Shown: positions 1 to 9,886, numbered from the stretch's first letter. The stretch: 64,000 nt of DNA from an uncultured delta proteobacterium (GCA_963760605.1 CAVXFA010000054.1:23380-87379); one strand, 5' to 3'. Program-made: numbers and translations. The notes: a model not told the origin generated them from the letters alone.

Positions 1-629
1 CCACTCCATCCACGGTCTCAATCCAGATTTCTGCCAATTTCTCATGCAGGGCGTCGTTAAATTTTCGGTTAACCATGAGATCCACCATCCATCCTTCAAA
101 GCCCCTCATAAACTGAGCGAGGGAAAAGATACCGACCGGCAATCGCGCGATCAACGCCTTATCGGTTTCCTGGCGCATCTTCCTGGCCTTCTCTCCCCAT
201 TTTACAAAATCCTCGACATCCGAAGCCTTCGGCCAGGGAAAGCTTTTCAAGTCTTCCAGGGACGGATGCGCAATTTTCTGGAAAGGGCCTTCCATCGGCG
301 CGTAGGTATAATCCGTGGATCTCCGCCATTTCACGGCCCAGGGTCGGTCAATAAATTCTTCTGGAGCATTAAAATCAGCTAGGGCCAGGGATGGTTTAAT
401 AGATTTCGTATCCACCGAAAACCGGTCCAGAATGTCGTCATCAATCTCCGCAGTGAACATCAAGATGTTGGCGACCCTCACCTCTCTTTTTATTCCTAAA
501 TAATCCAGGAAATTCTGGTAAGCACGAACATTCATGGATGTTGCGCCTGGAAAGCTACCAAAATCTATCGGAACCCGATCAGGCTTTTTATGATTCAAAG
601 CCGTGAGCTACCCTCTCTCTACTGTTCAT
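1..629 (-). pseudogene. Uroporphyrinogen decarboxylase / MtaA-CmuA-family protein, 5' part (runs off the window edge), with a +1 frameshift near 608
   Basis: ATG at 629 with an AAGGAGG RBS reads MNSRERV. Removing one base gives LTALNHKKPDRVPIDFGS...LAQFMRGFEGWMVDL, the typical URO-D-like N-terminus. May be an assembly indel. Confidence 0.7.
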
Positions 630-766
630 GGCAATCCCTCCTTGAATTCATGGACGAACATCCATACCTCCCTCGGTGCCGGGCCCGCTGCACGATCAGG
701 CCCAGCTGTTCTATACCCGCCCTCGATGCCCGGAAACGCAGCTAACGAGCGCGGGGAAGCTTTCCA

Positions 767-1078
767 TCAGGGCCAGACCTGGGTATAGGCGAACCTCGCG
801 CGCTCGCTCACTGGCCCAAACTTGGCGTCGTAATCTGCTTTCAGGGCCTTCATGTGTTCCGACTCCATTAAGCGCCGGAAAGTCGCCTCGTCCTTTAGCT
901 CGTAAACCGCCATGTATTGATACTTGTCCTCGCCCACGATGGCCTTATAGCGGCGGGCGCTGACCGCTCCCTTGAACTGGAGAAACTGCGGGATGTGTTC
1001 CTCGTTGTACCAGCGGTTGAAGGCTTCTTCCCTGTCCTTGGTGATCGTTGCCTTGACGATGAACAGTACTGTGGCCAT
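767..1078 (-). CDS. EthD/DUF4286-like dimeric alpha-beta barrel protein
   Basis: EEAFNRWYNEEHIP and YMAVYEL motifs; start moved to MATVLF after a GAAGGGG RBS. Confidence 0.7.
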   Translation of the reverse strand: MATVLFIVKATITKDREEAFNRWYNEEHIPQFLQFKGAVSARRYKAIVGEDKYQYMAVYELKDEATFRRLMESEHMKALKADYDAKFGPVSERARFAYTQVWP

Positions 1079-1250
1079 GACTTTCCCCCTTCTCAACAGA
1101 ATGATAAAAACTCGCTTTTGAACTTTTCTGAGTATAAAGAGGAGAAGCCTGCGTGTCAAGCCAGATGCACGTGGGGTTACAAAACTCATGAGCATGGAGG
1201 GAGTTACTCCTCCCGCAGCGGCAGCCGGGGTTGAGTGGGGGTCGATGGGT

Positions 1251-2015
1251 TTACAAGGTCACCTGAATACCCTTTTCCTGCAAATATTTCTTCACCTGCC
1301 TGATGCTCAGGGTGCGAAAATGGAAGACCGACGCCGCCAGGAGAATCTGAGCTCCCCCTTTGACCACACCTTCATAGAAATGCTCCAGCTTCCCAGCCCC
1401 ACCGGAAGCAACTACCGGCACTTTCACTGCATCGGCTATGGCTTTGGTAAATTCCAGATCATAGCCGGCTTGAGTTCCATCCCCATCCATACTGGTGGGC
1501 AGAATCACTCCCGCACCTAATTCTTGACATTGCTTCGCCCAAGCGACCGTATCTTTCCCCACAGGCTGGGTACCTCCCGAGACCACCACTTCAAATCCCG
1601 AGGGCATTTCTTTGTTTCTTCGGCCGTCGATCGCCACCGTTATCCTCTCTTGACCAAACTCCTTTGCGGCTCGCCTGACCAGATCCGCGTTTCTGACGGC
1701 AGCGCTATTCATGGAAACTCTATCAGCCCCTGCTTCAAGAACCAGTTCAATGTCTGCGAGGGTAGAGATCCCGCCGCCAACCGTCAAAGGGATGTCAATG
1801 ACGGAGGAAACATTTCTCACCCACTCCAGCCTGGTCTTGCGGTTTTCGAGGGTGGCCGCAATGTCCAGCATGGCCAGCTCATCGGCGCCTTCCTTCTGGT
1901 AAAATGCAGCATTTCCCACGGGGTCGCCCGCATCCCTTATGTCTACGAAATGTACGCCCTTGACTACCCGCCCGTTTTTCATATCCAGGCAAGGCATGAT
2001 TTTTATGGTTTCCAT
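1251..2015 (-). CDS. hisF: Imidazole glycerol phosphate synthase cyclase subunit HisF
   Basis: IMPCLDMKNGRVVKGV, TSMDGDGTQAGYD, ASGGAG, AASVFH; start at METIK. Confidence 0.93.
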   Translation of the reverse strand: METIKIMPCLDMKNGRVVKGVHFVDIRDAGDPVGNAAFYQKEGADELAMLDIAATLENRKTRLEWVRNVSSVIDIPLTVGGGISTLADIELVLEAGADRVSMNSAAVRNADLVRRAAKEFGQERITVAIDGRRNKEMPSGFEVVVSGGTQPVGKDTVAWAKQCQELGAGVILPTSMDGDGTQAGYDLEFTKAIADAVKVPVVASGGAGKLEHFYEGVVKGGAQILLAASVFHFRTLSIRQVKKYLQEKGIQVTL

Positions 2016-2112
2016 CGTTTCTCCTTTCAACCTTCTCTTCCTATTGCAGTGGAAAAAAATCTCTTCTGAGAGAGATGGCCTCTGAGAGGGGGGTAACAAC
2101 CACGGTTTGAAA

Positions 2113-2328
2113 TTAAGTCAATTTACCGCTGGCCTTGAATTCGTCCAAGCTATTCTTCTCAACTTGAACGGAGCGCCCCAGTTTTACAGCTTTGAGCTCC
2201 CCCCACTCGATCAATTCATAAACCTTCTTGCGGCCGACGCCCAAATACTTGGCCGCTTCCGCGACGGTGAGCAAAGCAGACGTAGCATAAGTCTCTCCAG
2301 GAGTATATCTTTCTTTTTTGGTGACCAT
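2113..2328 (-). CDS. Excisionase-like helix-turn-helix DNA-binding protein
   Basis: LLTVAEAAKYLGVGRKKVYELIEWGELKAVKLG (HTH_17 pattern). Confidence 0.8.
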   Translation of the reverse strand: MVTKKERYTPGETYATSALLTVAEAAKYLGVGRKKVYELIEWGELKAVKLGRSVQVEKNSLDEFKASGKLT

Positions 2329-2429
2329 CGGAACCCTCCCGTTTTTTCCCCTCTTTCATTGAGCGGAAGTTTGCACTCCTCCCCTCTTCCTGTTACTCGA
2401 GGGTCAGAAAGACCGAAAAAGAGCTTGGA

Positions 2430-2786
2430 TCAATTGCGACGCCGCTCGACTGGGTAGCCAGCCGTCCGCCAAGCCTCAAAACCGCCCAGCAGCGGGTACA
2501 CGTTCTTGTATCCCTGTTGAATCAATCTCAGCGTCACACGGGCGCTGGTGCCCTCATTTCTTCAAGTGCAGTAGGTGATGATCAGGCAGTCCCTGGAAAC
2601 TGGTAAATCTACGTGGTCTGAGGCTAAGATGGACTCGGGATCATAATAGGTTGCCCCCTTGATCTGGGAATCATCGGGGTGGCGGCGGACATCGACGAAA
2701 TAGAGCTCCTCCCTTTTATCCAGCCGCTCTTTGACCTGCTTCGCCGTTAGTCGCGCAATTTCAGATTCGGATGCTGGCGTTGCCAT
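2430..2786 (-). CDS. Rhodanese-domain selenoprotein (in-frame UGA at 2562-2564, YCTU)
   Basis: The frame continues past TGA as RNEGTSARVTLRLIQQGYKNVYPLLGGFEAWRTAGYPVE, the rhodanese C-terminus. A hairpin (2529-2547) lies 14 nt downstream. Confidence 0.85.
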
Positions 2787-3063
2787 GAGTTCTTCCTCCT
2801 CTTGATTCCCTCAAGAAGATCGACGCTGTGCGGAAGAGCTGCAATCTAAGAGATTGAAAACGGGGAAGAATTCCTATATTCTCAAATTACAGCATGGCAT
2901 CAAATTTCTAAAATGTCAAAATGGGTAGGCTTCGCATGGGGACGAATTCTCGGCCAGAATCTAAGCTCTTACTCCTATTCAAGACGACGAACCGGATGAA
3001 ATGAGGAAGGGTTGGATCTGGTAACTTGATTCGGACATTGAATGGAGCCGGTGGCAGGACGCG

Positions 3064-3915
3064 ATGAGAACCTCTAAAAGAGAAAGACCCACCAAAAACC
3101 CTGATCTTTCAGGGGTCGAGACTTCCCAGGAAGAGATGGCCCCCTTCGGATATCGCCGGATCCCGGCCCGAGAAAAGCGCCAATGGGTTCTGCGGCACTT
3201 CAATTCCATCGCCCGGCAATATGATTCGATGAACACCATCCTCAGCTTTGGCCTTCAGCATCTATGGAAGAGGGCGGCAGTGGAAGCCATCGGCCTGAAG
3301 CGGGGTGATCGAGTCATTGATGTCTGTGGGGGAACAGCTGACCTTTCCATTTTGTCTGCCACAAATGTCGGTCCCGATGGCCGGGTAATTTTGTATGACA
3401 TTAATCGAGAGATGATGGAAGGTGGAAGGACCAAGGTAGCCCGGAATTCTATGGCGGAAATGATTTGGTTCGTCCAGGGTGATGCGGAGCAGATCGCTTT
3501 TCGAGATGAGCAGTTTGAAGCAGCCATCGTGGGCTTTGGAATACGGAATCTGACAAGGATGGAGAGAGGCCTGGAAGAGATGTACCGGGTCTTGAAACCC
3601 GGAGGAAAGCTGGTGTGTCTGGAATTTTCCATGCCTACTTCAGGGTGGTTCAGGTGGCTTTATAATTTTTATTCCTTTCACATCATGCCCCTTGCGGGTC
3701 AGGTCCTTGCCGGCTCCCGGGAGGCCTACACGTATCTTCCGGAATCAATCCGAAGATTCCCTCTGCCGGAGGAATTGACGGCCATCCTTAAAGGGATCGG
3801 TTTTGCAAACGTAACCTATCAAAACCTTACAAACGGCATCGCCGTGATTCATCTCGGATTAAAGCCAAAAAATATTTTGCCACAGAGAACACCGAGAATA
3901 CTGAGAGGAAATTGA
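3064..3915 (+). CDS. ubiE: UbiE/MenG quinone C-methyltransferase
   Basis: FNSIARQYDSMNTILSFG, DVCGGTADL, GFGIRN, EAYTYLPESIRRFP. Confidence 0.9.
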   Translation: MRTSKRERPTKNPDLSGVETSQEEMAPFGYRRIPAREKRQWVLRHFNSIARQYDSMNTILSFGLQHLWKRAAVEAIGLKRGDRVIDVCGGTADLSILSATNVGPDGRVILYDINREMMEGGRTKVARNSMAEMIWFVQGDAEQIAFRDEQFEAAIVGFGIRNLTRMERGLEEMYRVLKPGGKLVCLEFSMPTSGWFRWLYNFYSFHIMPLAGQVLAGSREAYTYLPESIRRFPLPEELTAILKGIGFANVTYQNLTNGIAVIHLGLKPKNILPQRTPRILRGN

Positions 3916-3978
3916 AATTTTAAAAGAATCAGCATTTATGATTCAGATTATCTCTGTGTTCTCTGTGCCCTCTGTGGC
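3878..3978. repeat. Intergenic inverted short-unit repeat (GCCACAGAGAACAC... / ...CTCTGTGTTCTCTGTGCCCTCTGTGGC)
   Basis: Two arms of imperfect ~9-nt units in inverted orientation span the ubiE stop. Confidence 0.6.
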
Positions 3979-3989
3979 TGTAAATTCTT

Positions 3990-4592
3990 ATGAAACTGAA
4001 CTGGGCCGAACGGTGCGCAGTTAACAACCCTCTGCGAGTCATCCAGCAGCGCCTGGAAATGCGCTGGTTGAGAAAAAACAGCAATCTCAAACCGGGGGCG
4101 GTGGTCCTGGAGGTGGGATGCGGTCGGGGCGCAGGGGCCGGGCTTATTCTGAGGGAATTCCACCCCGCAGTGCTCCAGGCCATGGACCTAGACATCGAGA
4201 TGATCCGAAAGGCCAGGGATTATCTCTCTCCGGAGTCGGGGAAAAGGATTTCCTTCTACGTTGGGGATGTCTTGCGCCTCCCATATAAAGACGAGGCCTT
4301 GGATGCGGTTTTTGGGTTTGGCGTCTTACATCATATTCCGGATTGGCAGAGTGCCCTCTGGGAGATCGCGAGAGTTTTGAAGACGGGCGGAACCTATTTC
4401 CTGGAAGAAATCTACCCTTCCCTTTATCAGAATTTCATAACTAAACATATCCTCCTCCATCCCCGAGAAAACCGCTTCCTCAGCCAAGCTTTAAAGCAGG
4501 CTCTGATTGCTGTAAATCTCCATCTGGAAAATTCCTTGGAGCTCCCCAAGATCGGAATCTTCGGGATTTCCATTAGGGGGGCTGGTCGGTAA
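3990..4592 (+). CDS. Class I SAM-dependent methyltransferase
   Basis: VLEVGCGRGAG, FGFGVLHHIPDW, ARVLKTGG. Confidence 0.85.
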   Translation: MKLNWAERCAVNNPLRVIQQRLEMRWLRKNSNLKPGAVVLEVGCGRGAGAGLILREFHPAVLQAMDLDIEMIRKARDYLSPESGKRISFYVGDVLRLPYKDEALDAVFGFGVLHHIPDWQSALWEIARVLKTGGTYFLEEIYPSLYQNFITKHILLHPRENRFLSQALKQALIAVNLHLENSLELPKIGIFGISIRGAGR

Positions 4593-4686
4593 TCTATTTG
4601 ACCAGAGGTGGGCCACTCAATTCATTATCGGGAGGGTACTGACTCTTCCAACCTCCTCTTTAACCAAATTATAACAGATAAAAAAT

Positions 4687-5400
4687 TTATTTTGCCTTCA
4701 GGGGAAAGGTAAGTGTGCCGCCAAACCATCCAATGACCGTTACGATGGGGAGCAGAGAAAGGATCAATAGAAAATAGAAGATACTCCTGCCGGCAAAAGC
4801 GATCAAAATTCCGGGGTCCCAAATCCGCCAGAAGAACACGCTGATGGAGACCACCAGGAGAAGGATGGAAAAGCAGATCTTGATGGTGACCGCTCTCATG
4901 GGCTTAGCCAGGTAATTCAGCCACCAGGTGAACCAGCCCGTTAGAATCGCCAGGGGAGTGAACAAGATACCACCCCCCAGGCAATGCAGAGCCGTAACCT
5001 CGAAGGATTTGATTCCGGTGATGAGATAGAGAAGATTAAACAGCGTCGCCGCGAACATGAAAACGATGGGGAAGTGAACCACCATTGGATGAGGATGACG
5101 TCTGAGAATGGGGTAGCGAACCAGGAGCCCGGATAAGAATTTCGGCATCGGCCTTTCCGAAACTTCTTCCTTCTGCAAAAGGCCCACCTGGGGATATCGG
5201 TCCAGGACCTCTGGGCCGTGGGGAGCCGCCTCGATATCTGCGCTGAGGTCTTGCCCTGCCTGGTGGCGTTTCATGTGCAGCCCGGTCTTCCATAGCTTGC
5301 TATTGCTGACGTCAATAACCCTTCCCCGGCAGACAATGTATACCGGGTTTTCATTCTGGCCATTGAACTTGGACAGAGATTCCAAATCGAATTCTTTCAT
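4687..5400 (-). CDS. Cytochrome b5-like haem/steroid-binding domain fused to a DUF2231-type membrane domain
   Basis: N-terminal LSKFNGQ..VYI..GRVIDVS..HQAGQDLS..APHG; C-terminal HPMVVHFPI followed by ~4 TM helices. Confidence 0.8.
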   Translation of the reverse strand: MKEFDLESLSKFNGQNENPVYIVCRGRVIDVSNSKLWKTGLHMKRHQAGQDLSADIEAAPHGPEVLDRYPQVGLLQKEEVSERPMPKFLSGLLVRYPILRRHPHPMVVHFPIVFMFAATLFNLLYLITGIKSFEVTALHCLGGGILFTPLAILTGWFTWWLNYLAKPMRAVTIKICFSILLLVVSISVFFWRIWDPGILIAFAGRSIFYFLLILSLLPIVTVIGWFGGTLTFPLKAK

Positions 5401-5418
5401 CGATTGATCCTTTTATGA

Positions 5419-5660
5419 GGACGCAGATCTTCACAGCGCGGCAGAGCCGCAACCAAAATAAGTCACCCCCTCCCTACCCTCCCCCTCAGGGGGAGGGAGA
5501 GGGTGGGGGGAAAAATTCTTAGCAGCAATTTGAGAATTTGACCATAAGTAGTACAGATAAAAACAGTAAAAGAGAGGACTCAGGAGAAAGAAGACAAATC
5601 CTGAAAATCTGCGTTTATCTTGCTAGGTAGTAAACATCTAACCGGGTGAATCTGTGCCCA
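5419..5660. repeat. Composite intergenic repeat: GACGCAGAT/ATCTGCGT arms with a nested insertion containing a CCCTCCCCC...GGGGGAGGG palindrome
   Basis: Visible inverted arms; the same arm family occurs at 18111-18172 and a similar palindrome at 59760-59810. Confidence 0.5.
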
Positions 5661-5664
5661 AAAA

Positions 5665-6609
5665 TTAGAATGTCCAACTGATCATCGTTACCAGCAGCAT
5701 GGCCAGAGGATAATAGCTGGCGCGGTTGAAAAGGGTCGAAGCTTCCTCGGGAGCTTTGGTCTTATAGAGACGATGCGCAGGGAGGAGGAGGAAGTAGAAG
5801 CCTGAGAAGAGGGCACCGGCCAGGTAGGGAAGCCCGAGCTTGCCCGGGGCCACCCAGTACATCGTCAAGCTCATGGTCAAGGAGAGGGCCAGGGAAAAGT
5901 AAATTATCAAGATGGAACCTTCCGGACCAAAACGGACGGGAAGAGTTTTGGCTTGCAACTGCCTGTCCTCATCCAAATCGACCCAATCATTGGGTACATT
6001 CTGGCCTCCGATCTCCCAGAAAAAGAGCCATAAAAACAGGCCAACTAAGAAAAGGGGAGCGGGGTTTGGCTCTACGGCAAACACCGCGGCGATTCCACCC
6101 GAGGTTTTGACCACTCCGCTGATCATTCCCCGAAGATAACTCACCTTAAGCAGAAGGCAATAGATCATTTCCAGCAGGCAAGCGATCAGAAAAATGAACG
6201 TACAGACTGGGTTTAACAGGAAAGACCCGATCAGAGCCAGGAGCGCCCAACCTCCCATCCAAAAGATGCCCTCCTGGTAACTTAACAGGCCATGGGCCAA
6301 AGGGTGACGCACGAATACGCTGTCCAGGTCTTGCTTTGGACCCCGAAGTCCACCGCGCTGGATTTTCTTCTGATCCACCCGATAATCGATCACATCGTTC
6401 AGGGCATAAACGGCCGCGTAACCGGAGAAGGCTGTGAGCAGGCCCAAACCAATGACCGGTGCCAGAGGGAAGGTGCCCAGCCAGAGCAGGGCGCTCAGAG
6501 CCGGGGTGGCCATATCCAGCAACCCGTGCGGGGTCCTGGACAGAGCCCAAAAAAGTTTCAGTCTTGAGAGACCCGTCTGATTTTGGACCGATGTAGTTTT
6601 CACGTCCAT
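5665..6609 (-). CDS. UbiA-family prenyltransferase
   Basis: YALNDVID and NDWVDLDED aspartate-rich motifs, multiple TM helices; start MDVKT after AAGGA. Confidence 0.85.
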   Translation of the reverse strand: MDVKTTSVQNQTGLSRLKLFWALSRTPHGLLDMATPALSALLWLGTFPLAPVIGLGLLTAFSGYAAVYALNDVIDYRVDQKKIQRGGLRGPKQDLDSVFVRHPLAHGLLSYQEGIFWMGGWALLALIGSFLLNPVCTFIFLIACLLEMIYCLLLKVSYLRGMISGVVKTSGGIAAVFAVEPNPAPLFLVGLFLWLFFWEIGGQNVPNDWVDLDEDRQLQAKTLPVRFGPEGSILIIYFSLALSLTMSLTMYWVAPGKLGLPYLAGALFSGFYFLLLPAHRLYKTKAPEEASTLFNRASYYPLAMLLVTMISWTF

Positions 6610-6759
6610 TCCTTTTTGGACGAGGAATGCATTTATCTTCTCATTTTTTCCGGATGGATGGCAAATAAAAAATCGGACGTCCTGCAGAGCCCCGGCTGGG
6701 AGACAGACGCCAGCAAAAAACAAAATAAATTTTCCAGAAAATCTTTGGCCAAAAATGAT

Positions 6760-6788
6760 TTGAAATCCCGCCGAGGATTCTTTATAAT
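6760..6788 (+). promoter_or_regulatory. sigma70-type promoter of the act/cco operon
   Basis: TTGAAA-N17-TATAAT ~30 nt upstream of actB. Confidence 0.7.
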
Positions 6789-6817
6789 CTCTACATTGCT
6801 AACCTGAGGAACGGGTG

Positions 6818-9790
6818 ATGTCAGATTTTTCGCGTCGGGACTTCTTAAAAGCTGTTTCTCTGACAGGAACCGCCGCAGTCATTGGTTGTTCCTCAGAACC
6901 CGCCAGAAAGCTAATCCCCTACATCTTCCCTCCCCAAGACATCATCCCCGGTGAGGCCACCTGGTATGCGACCACCTGCCGGGAATGCCCGGCCGGGTGC
7001 GGCCTGCTGGCCAAAAACAGGGACGGCCACGTCATAAAAGTAGAGGGAAATCCCCTCCACCCGGTGAATCAGGGGAAACTTTGTGCCCGAGGCCAGGCTG
7101 CGGTACAGGGTCTTTATAATCCGGACCGCTACCGCGGTCCTTTGCAGAAGAAGTCGGACGGGAGCTTCGAACCCATTTCCTGGGAAGCAGCGGAGGATCG
7201 CCTCGTTGAAAAGCTCGTGGAGTTAAAAAAGAAAGGAGGAAGAGACCGCGCCGTCTTCCTGACCGAACTCGTCACGGGCACGCCAAAGAACTTGATCACG
7301 CGCTGGCTCGAAGAACTGGGCACAGGGGGACCTGTTCTCTACGAGCCCTTTGCCTACGAACCCCTGCGGAAGGCCAATGAGGTGGTTTACCGTCTGGGTC
7401 GGATTCCGACCTATTATATCGACCAGGCCGATTTTCTCCTTTCCTTCAGCGCCAATTTCCTGGAGACCTGGCTTTCCAATGTCCAGTATGCCCGCCAGTT
7501 CGCTTCTTTCCATGCGCCAGCGGAAGGGGGCAAGAACCTTTTCATCTATGTGGGGCCCCGGCTCTCTTTGACAGCCGCAAACGCGGACCACTGGATCGCT
7601 GTCTCTCCCGAGAACCAGGCGCTGGTGGCCCTGGGGATCATCCATCTCCTCCTTGAAAAGGGCATTCCTCTGGCCATCAAGGGGGAGCAGAGAGCCGCCC
7701 TGGAGGAGCAGGCCAGAAACCTCTCCCCCGAGACGGTGGAAGGCAGGACGGGGGTGAAAGTCCAGACCCTCCGGATGGTAGCCGAAAATTTCTCTAAGGC
7801 AAAGAGGCCTTTAGCCCTCGCAGAGGGGCTGTTCTGTGCAGATACCCGGGCAACTGAAACGGCTATTGCGGCCAATCTCCTTTGTGCCCTCTCTCCCGAC
7901 GCCAGACAAACCATAGATTTTGACGATCCTTCTTCCCTGGGAGAAGTCGTTCCGGCGGAGACGATGAACGAATTGACGAAGAAAATGTTAAAAGCAGAGA
8001 TTGAATTGCTCCTGATCGATCGGGCCAATCCCCTCTTTCATCTCCCCCCGGCGTGGGAATTCCTCAAAGCCCTCAAAAATGTTCCGATGGTGGTGAGCTT
8101 TTCCAGCTTCCCGGATGAGACGAGCGATCACGCCCACCTGATCTTGCCCACTCACACCTTCCTGGAATCCTGGGGAGATTACAGCCCGAGGAAAAATGTA
8201 GAGGGGCTGCTGCAACCGGTCATGGGGCCGATGTTCAATACGCGGCAGCTGGCTGAGATCCTTCTTTCTACGGGGAAAAAATTGGCCGGGGAGAAAAAGT
8301 TCCCCTGGAAAAATTTCTATGAAATGCTCCGGGCCGAGTGGGCGCAGAAAGGAAAAAGCAAGGGATCATCTGAGACCTTCTGGCAGGAAAGCCTGCAAAG
8401 AGGAGGGACCTGGAGCGCGCGGGGTAAAGAGTTTTTTAGGCCATTATCCGGTTCGTTTAATTTTACCTTCACTCAGCCTCTCTCGTCCCTTCCCGGAAAG
8501 GCAGAGAAGCGTTTCCATTTTGTCAGCTACCCTACTGTTCAGTTCTTTGACGGCCGCAGTGCTAACCGGCCTTTCCTGCAAGAGCTGCCCGACCCCATGA
8601 CCAACATCACCTGGGGAGGATGGGTAGAGATTAACATGGAAACGGCCAAAAAACTGGGGATCTCGCAGGGGGATGTTCTGACCTTGCGGTCGTCGCACGG
8701 ATCCTTGCAGGCTCCGGCTTATCCCTATCCGGGGATTCCCGAGGGAACACTGGCTATGCCTATCGGGCAGGGACATGCGGCCTTTGGCCGCTTCAGTCAA
8801 AGCCGGTCGGGCAACCCTGGGCAGTTGATTTCTCCGAACACCGATCCTAGCTCGGGGGGAATCATCCGGTCGGTCGCGGAAGTGACCGTAGAAAAACTCG
8901 GTCGATCCATTCCTCTGGCCAACACAGATGGCAGCCTTTCCGAGCACGGGCGAAATCTGGTTCAGGCGGTCTCCTGGGAGGAATATCGGGAATGGAAATC
9001 AAAAGGCCCGAAGCCCCCCATTGCGCCGCCTCTTCCCAAAGGATTTTCGCAAAGAGATGATTTCTACAAGCCCCACGTGCATGTGGACTACCGCTGGGCG
9101 ATGGTCGTGGATCTGGATCGCTGCATCGGCTGCGGGGCATGTGTGGTGGCCTGCTATGCGGAAAACAACGTGGCCGTCGTGGGAAAGGAGCAGGTTCTCA
9201 GGGGCCGGGAAATGTCCTGGCTGCATATCGAGCGATACCTCGAGCCGGAGAAATTGGAAGCAAATCAAGAACCCAAGATTCGCTTCCTCCCCATGCTATG
9301 CCAGCATTGTGATGAGGCTCCCTGCGAATCGGTCTGCCCCGTATTCGCCCCCCATCACAGCCGGGAAGGGATTAATAATCAGGTTTACAACCGCTGTATC
9401 GGAACTCGTTTCTGTTCCCAGAACTGTCCCTACAAGGTTCGACGGTTCAACTGGTTCACCTGGACCCGTCCCGAACCGCTTACCTGGCAGCTCAACCCCG
9501 ATGTGACGGTGCGGGAGAAAGGGGTGATGGAGAAATGCTCATTCTGTATCCAGCGGATCGTGGAGACGAAGATCAAAGCCAAAAGCGAGGGCCGAAAGGT
9601 CCGAGATGGAGAGTTTACCACTGCCTGCGCCCAGACCTGTCCGGCTGACGTCTTGATCTTTGGCAACCTCCTGGATCCCGACAGCCAGGTATCCAAACTG
9701 ATTCAGGACCCCCGGGCGTACCAGGTACTGGGTCATCTGAATACGAAGCCGGCAGTTATTTATCTGCAGAAGATAATTCGTAAGTTGTGA
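6818..9790 (+). CDS. actB: Alternative complex III subunit B (Tat-exported molybdopterin-oxidoreductase-like domain plus Fe-S domain)
   Basis: Tat SRRDFLK; CRECPAGC..KLC; C-terminal CIGCGACVVAC, CQHC..PCESVCP, CIGTRFCSQNCP, CSFC..CAQTCP. Confidence 0.9.
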   Translation: MSDFSRRDFLKAVSLTGTAAVIGCSSEPARKLIPYIFPPQDIIPGEATWYATTCRECPAGCGLLAKNRDGHVIKVEGNPLHPVNQGKLCARGQAAVQGLYNPDRYRGPLQKKSDGSFEPISWEAAEDRLVEKLVELKKKGGRDRAVFLTELVTGTPKNLITRWLEELGTGGPVLYEPFAYEPLRKANEVVYRLGRIPTYYIDQADFLLSFSANFLETWLSNVQYARQFASFHAPAEGGKNLFIYVGPRLSLTAANADHWIAVSPENQALVALGIIHLLLEKGIPLAIKGEQRAALEEQARNLSPETVEGRTGVKVQTLRMVAENFSKAKRPLALAEGLFCADTRATETAIAANLLCALSPDARQTIDFDDPSSLGEVVPAETMNELTKKMLKAEIELLLIDRANPLFHLPPAWEFLKALKNVPMVVSFSSFPDETSDHAHLILPTHTFLESWGDYSPRKNVEGLLQPVMGPMFNTRQLAEILLSTGKKLAGEKKFPWKNFYEMLRAEWAQKGKSKGSSETFWQESLQRGGTWSARGKEFFRPLSGSFNFTFTQPLSSLPGKAEKRFHFVSYPTVQFFDGRSANRPFLQELPDPMTNITWGGWVEINMETAKKLGISQGDVLTLRSSHGSLQAPAYPYPGIPEGTLAMPIGQGHAAFGRFSQSRSGNPGQLISPNTDPSSGGIIRSVAEVTVEKLGRSIPLANTDGSLSEHGRNLVQAVSWEEYREWKSKGPKPPIAPPLPKGFSQRDDFYKPHVHVDYRWAMVVDLDRCIGCGACVVACYAENNVAVVGKEQVLRGREMSWLHIERYLEPEKLEANQEPKIRFLPMLCQHCDEAPCESVCPVFAPHHSREGINNQVYNRCIGTRFCSQNCPYKVRRFNWFTWTRPEPLTWQLNPDVTVREKGVMEKCSFCIQRIVETKIKAKSEGRKVRDGEFTTACAQTCPADVLIFGNLLDPDSQVSKLIQDPRAYQVLGHLNTKPAVIYLQKIIRKL

Positions 9791-9812
9791 GTGGGGAGTT
9801 GTGAGTTGCAAG
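9786..9812. repeat. 7-nt-unit array (TGTGAGT), complementary to 17171-17197
   Basis: GAGTTGTGAGTTGCAAG pairs with CTTGCGACTCACGACTC (17 bp, 2 G.U). Confidence 0.6.
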
Positions 9813-9830
9813 AAACGGGGCGTCCTTAAT

Positions 9831-9881
9831 CTTAGGCATTTAAGGCATTTTAGCGCATTTAAGGCATTGGATCTTAGGCAC
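9831..9881. repeat. 9-10-nt-unit array (TTAGGCAT), array A1
   Basis: cttaggcat ttaaggcat tttagcgcat ttaaggcat ... cttaggcac directly before actC. Confidence 0.75.
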
Positions 9882-9886
9882 CTGCC

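Noticed and set aside
2113-2328. Prophage or ICE suggested by the excisionase-like gene
   Set aside because: No integrase, att site, tRNA or phage genes nearby
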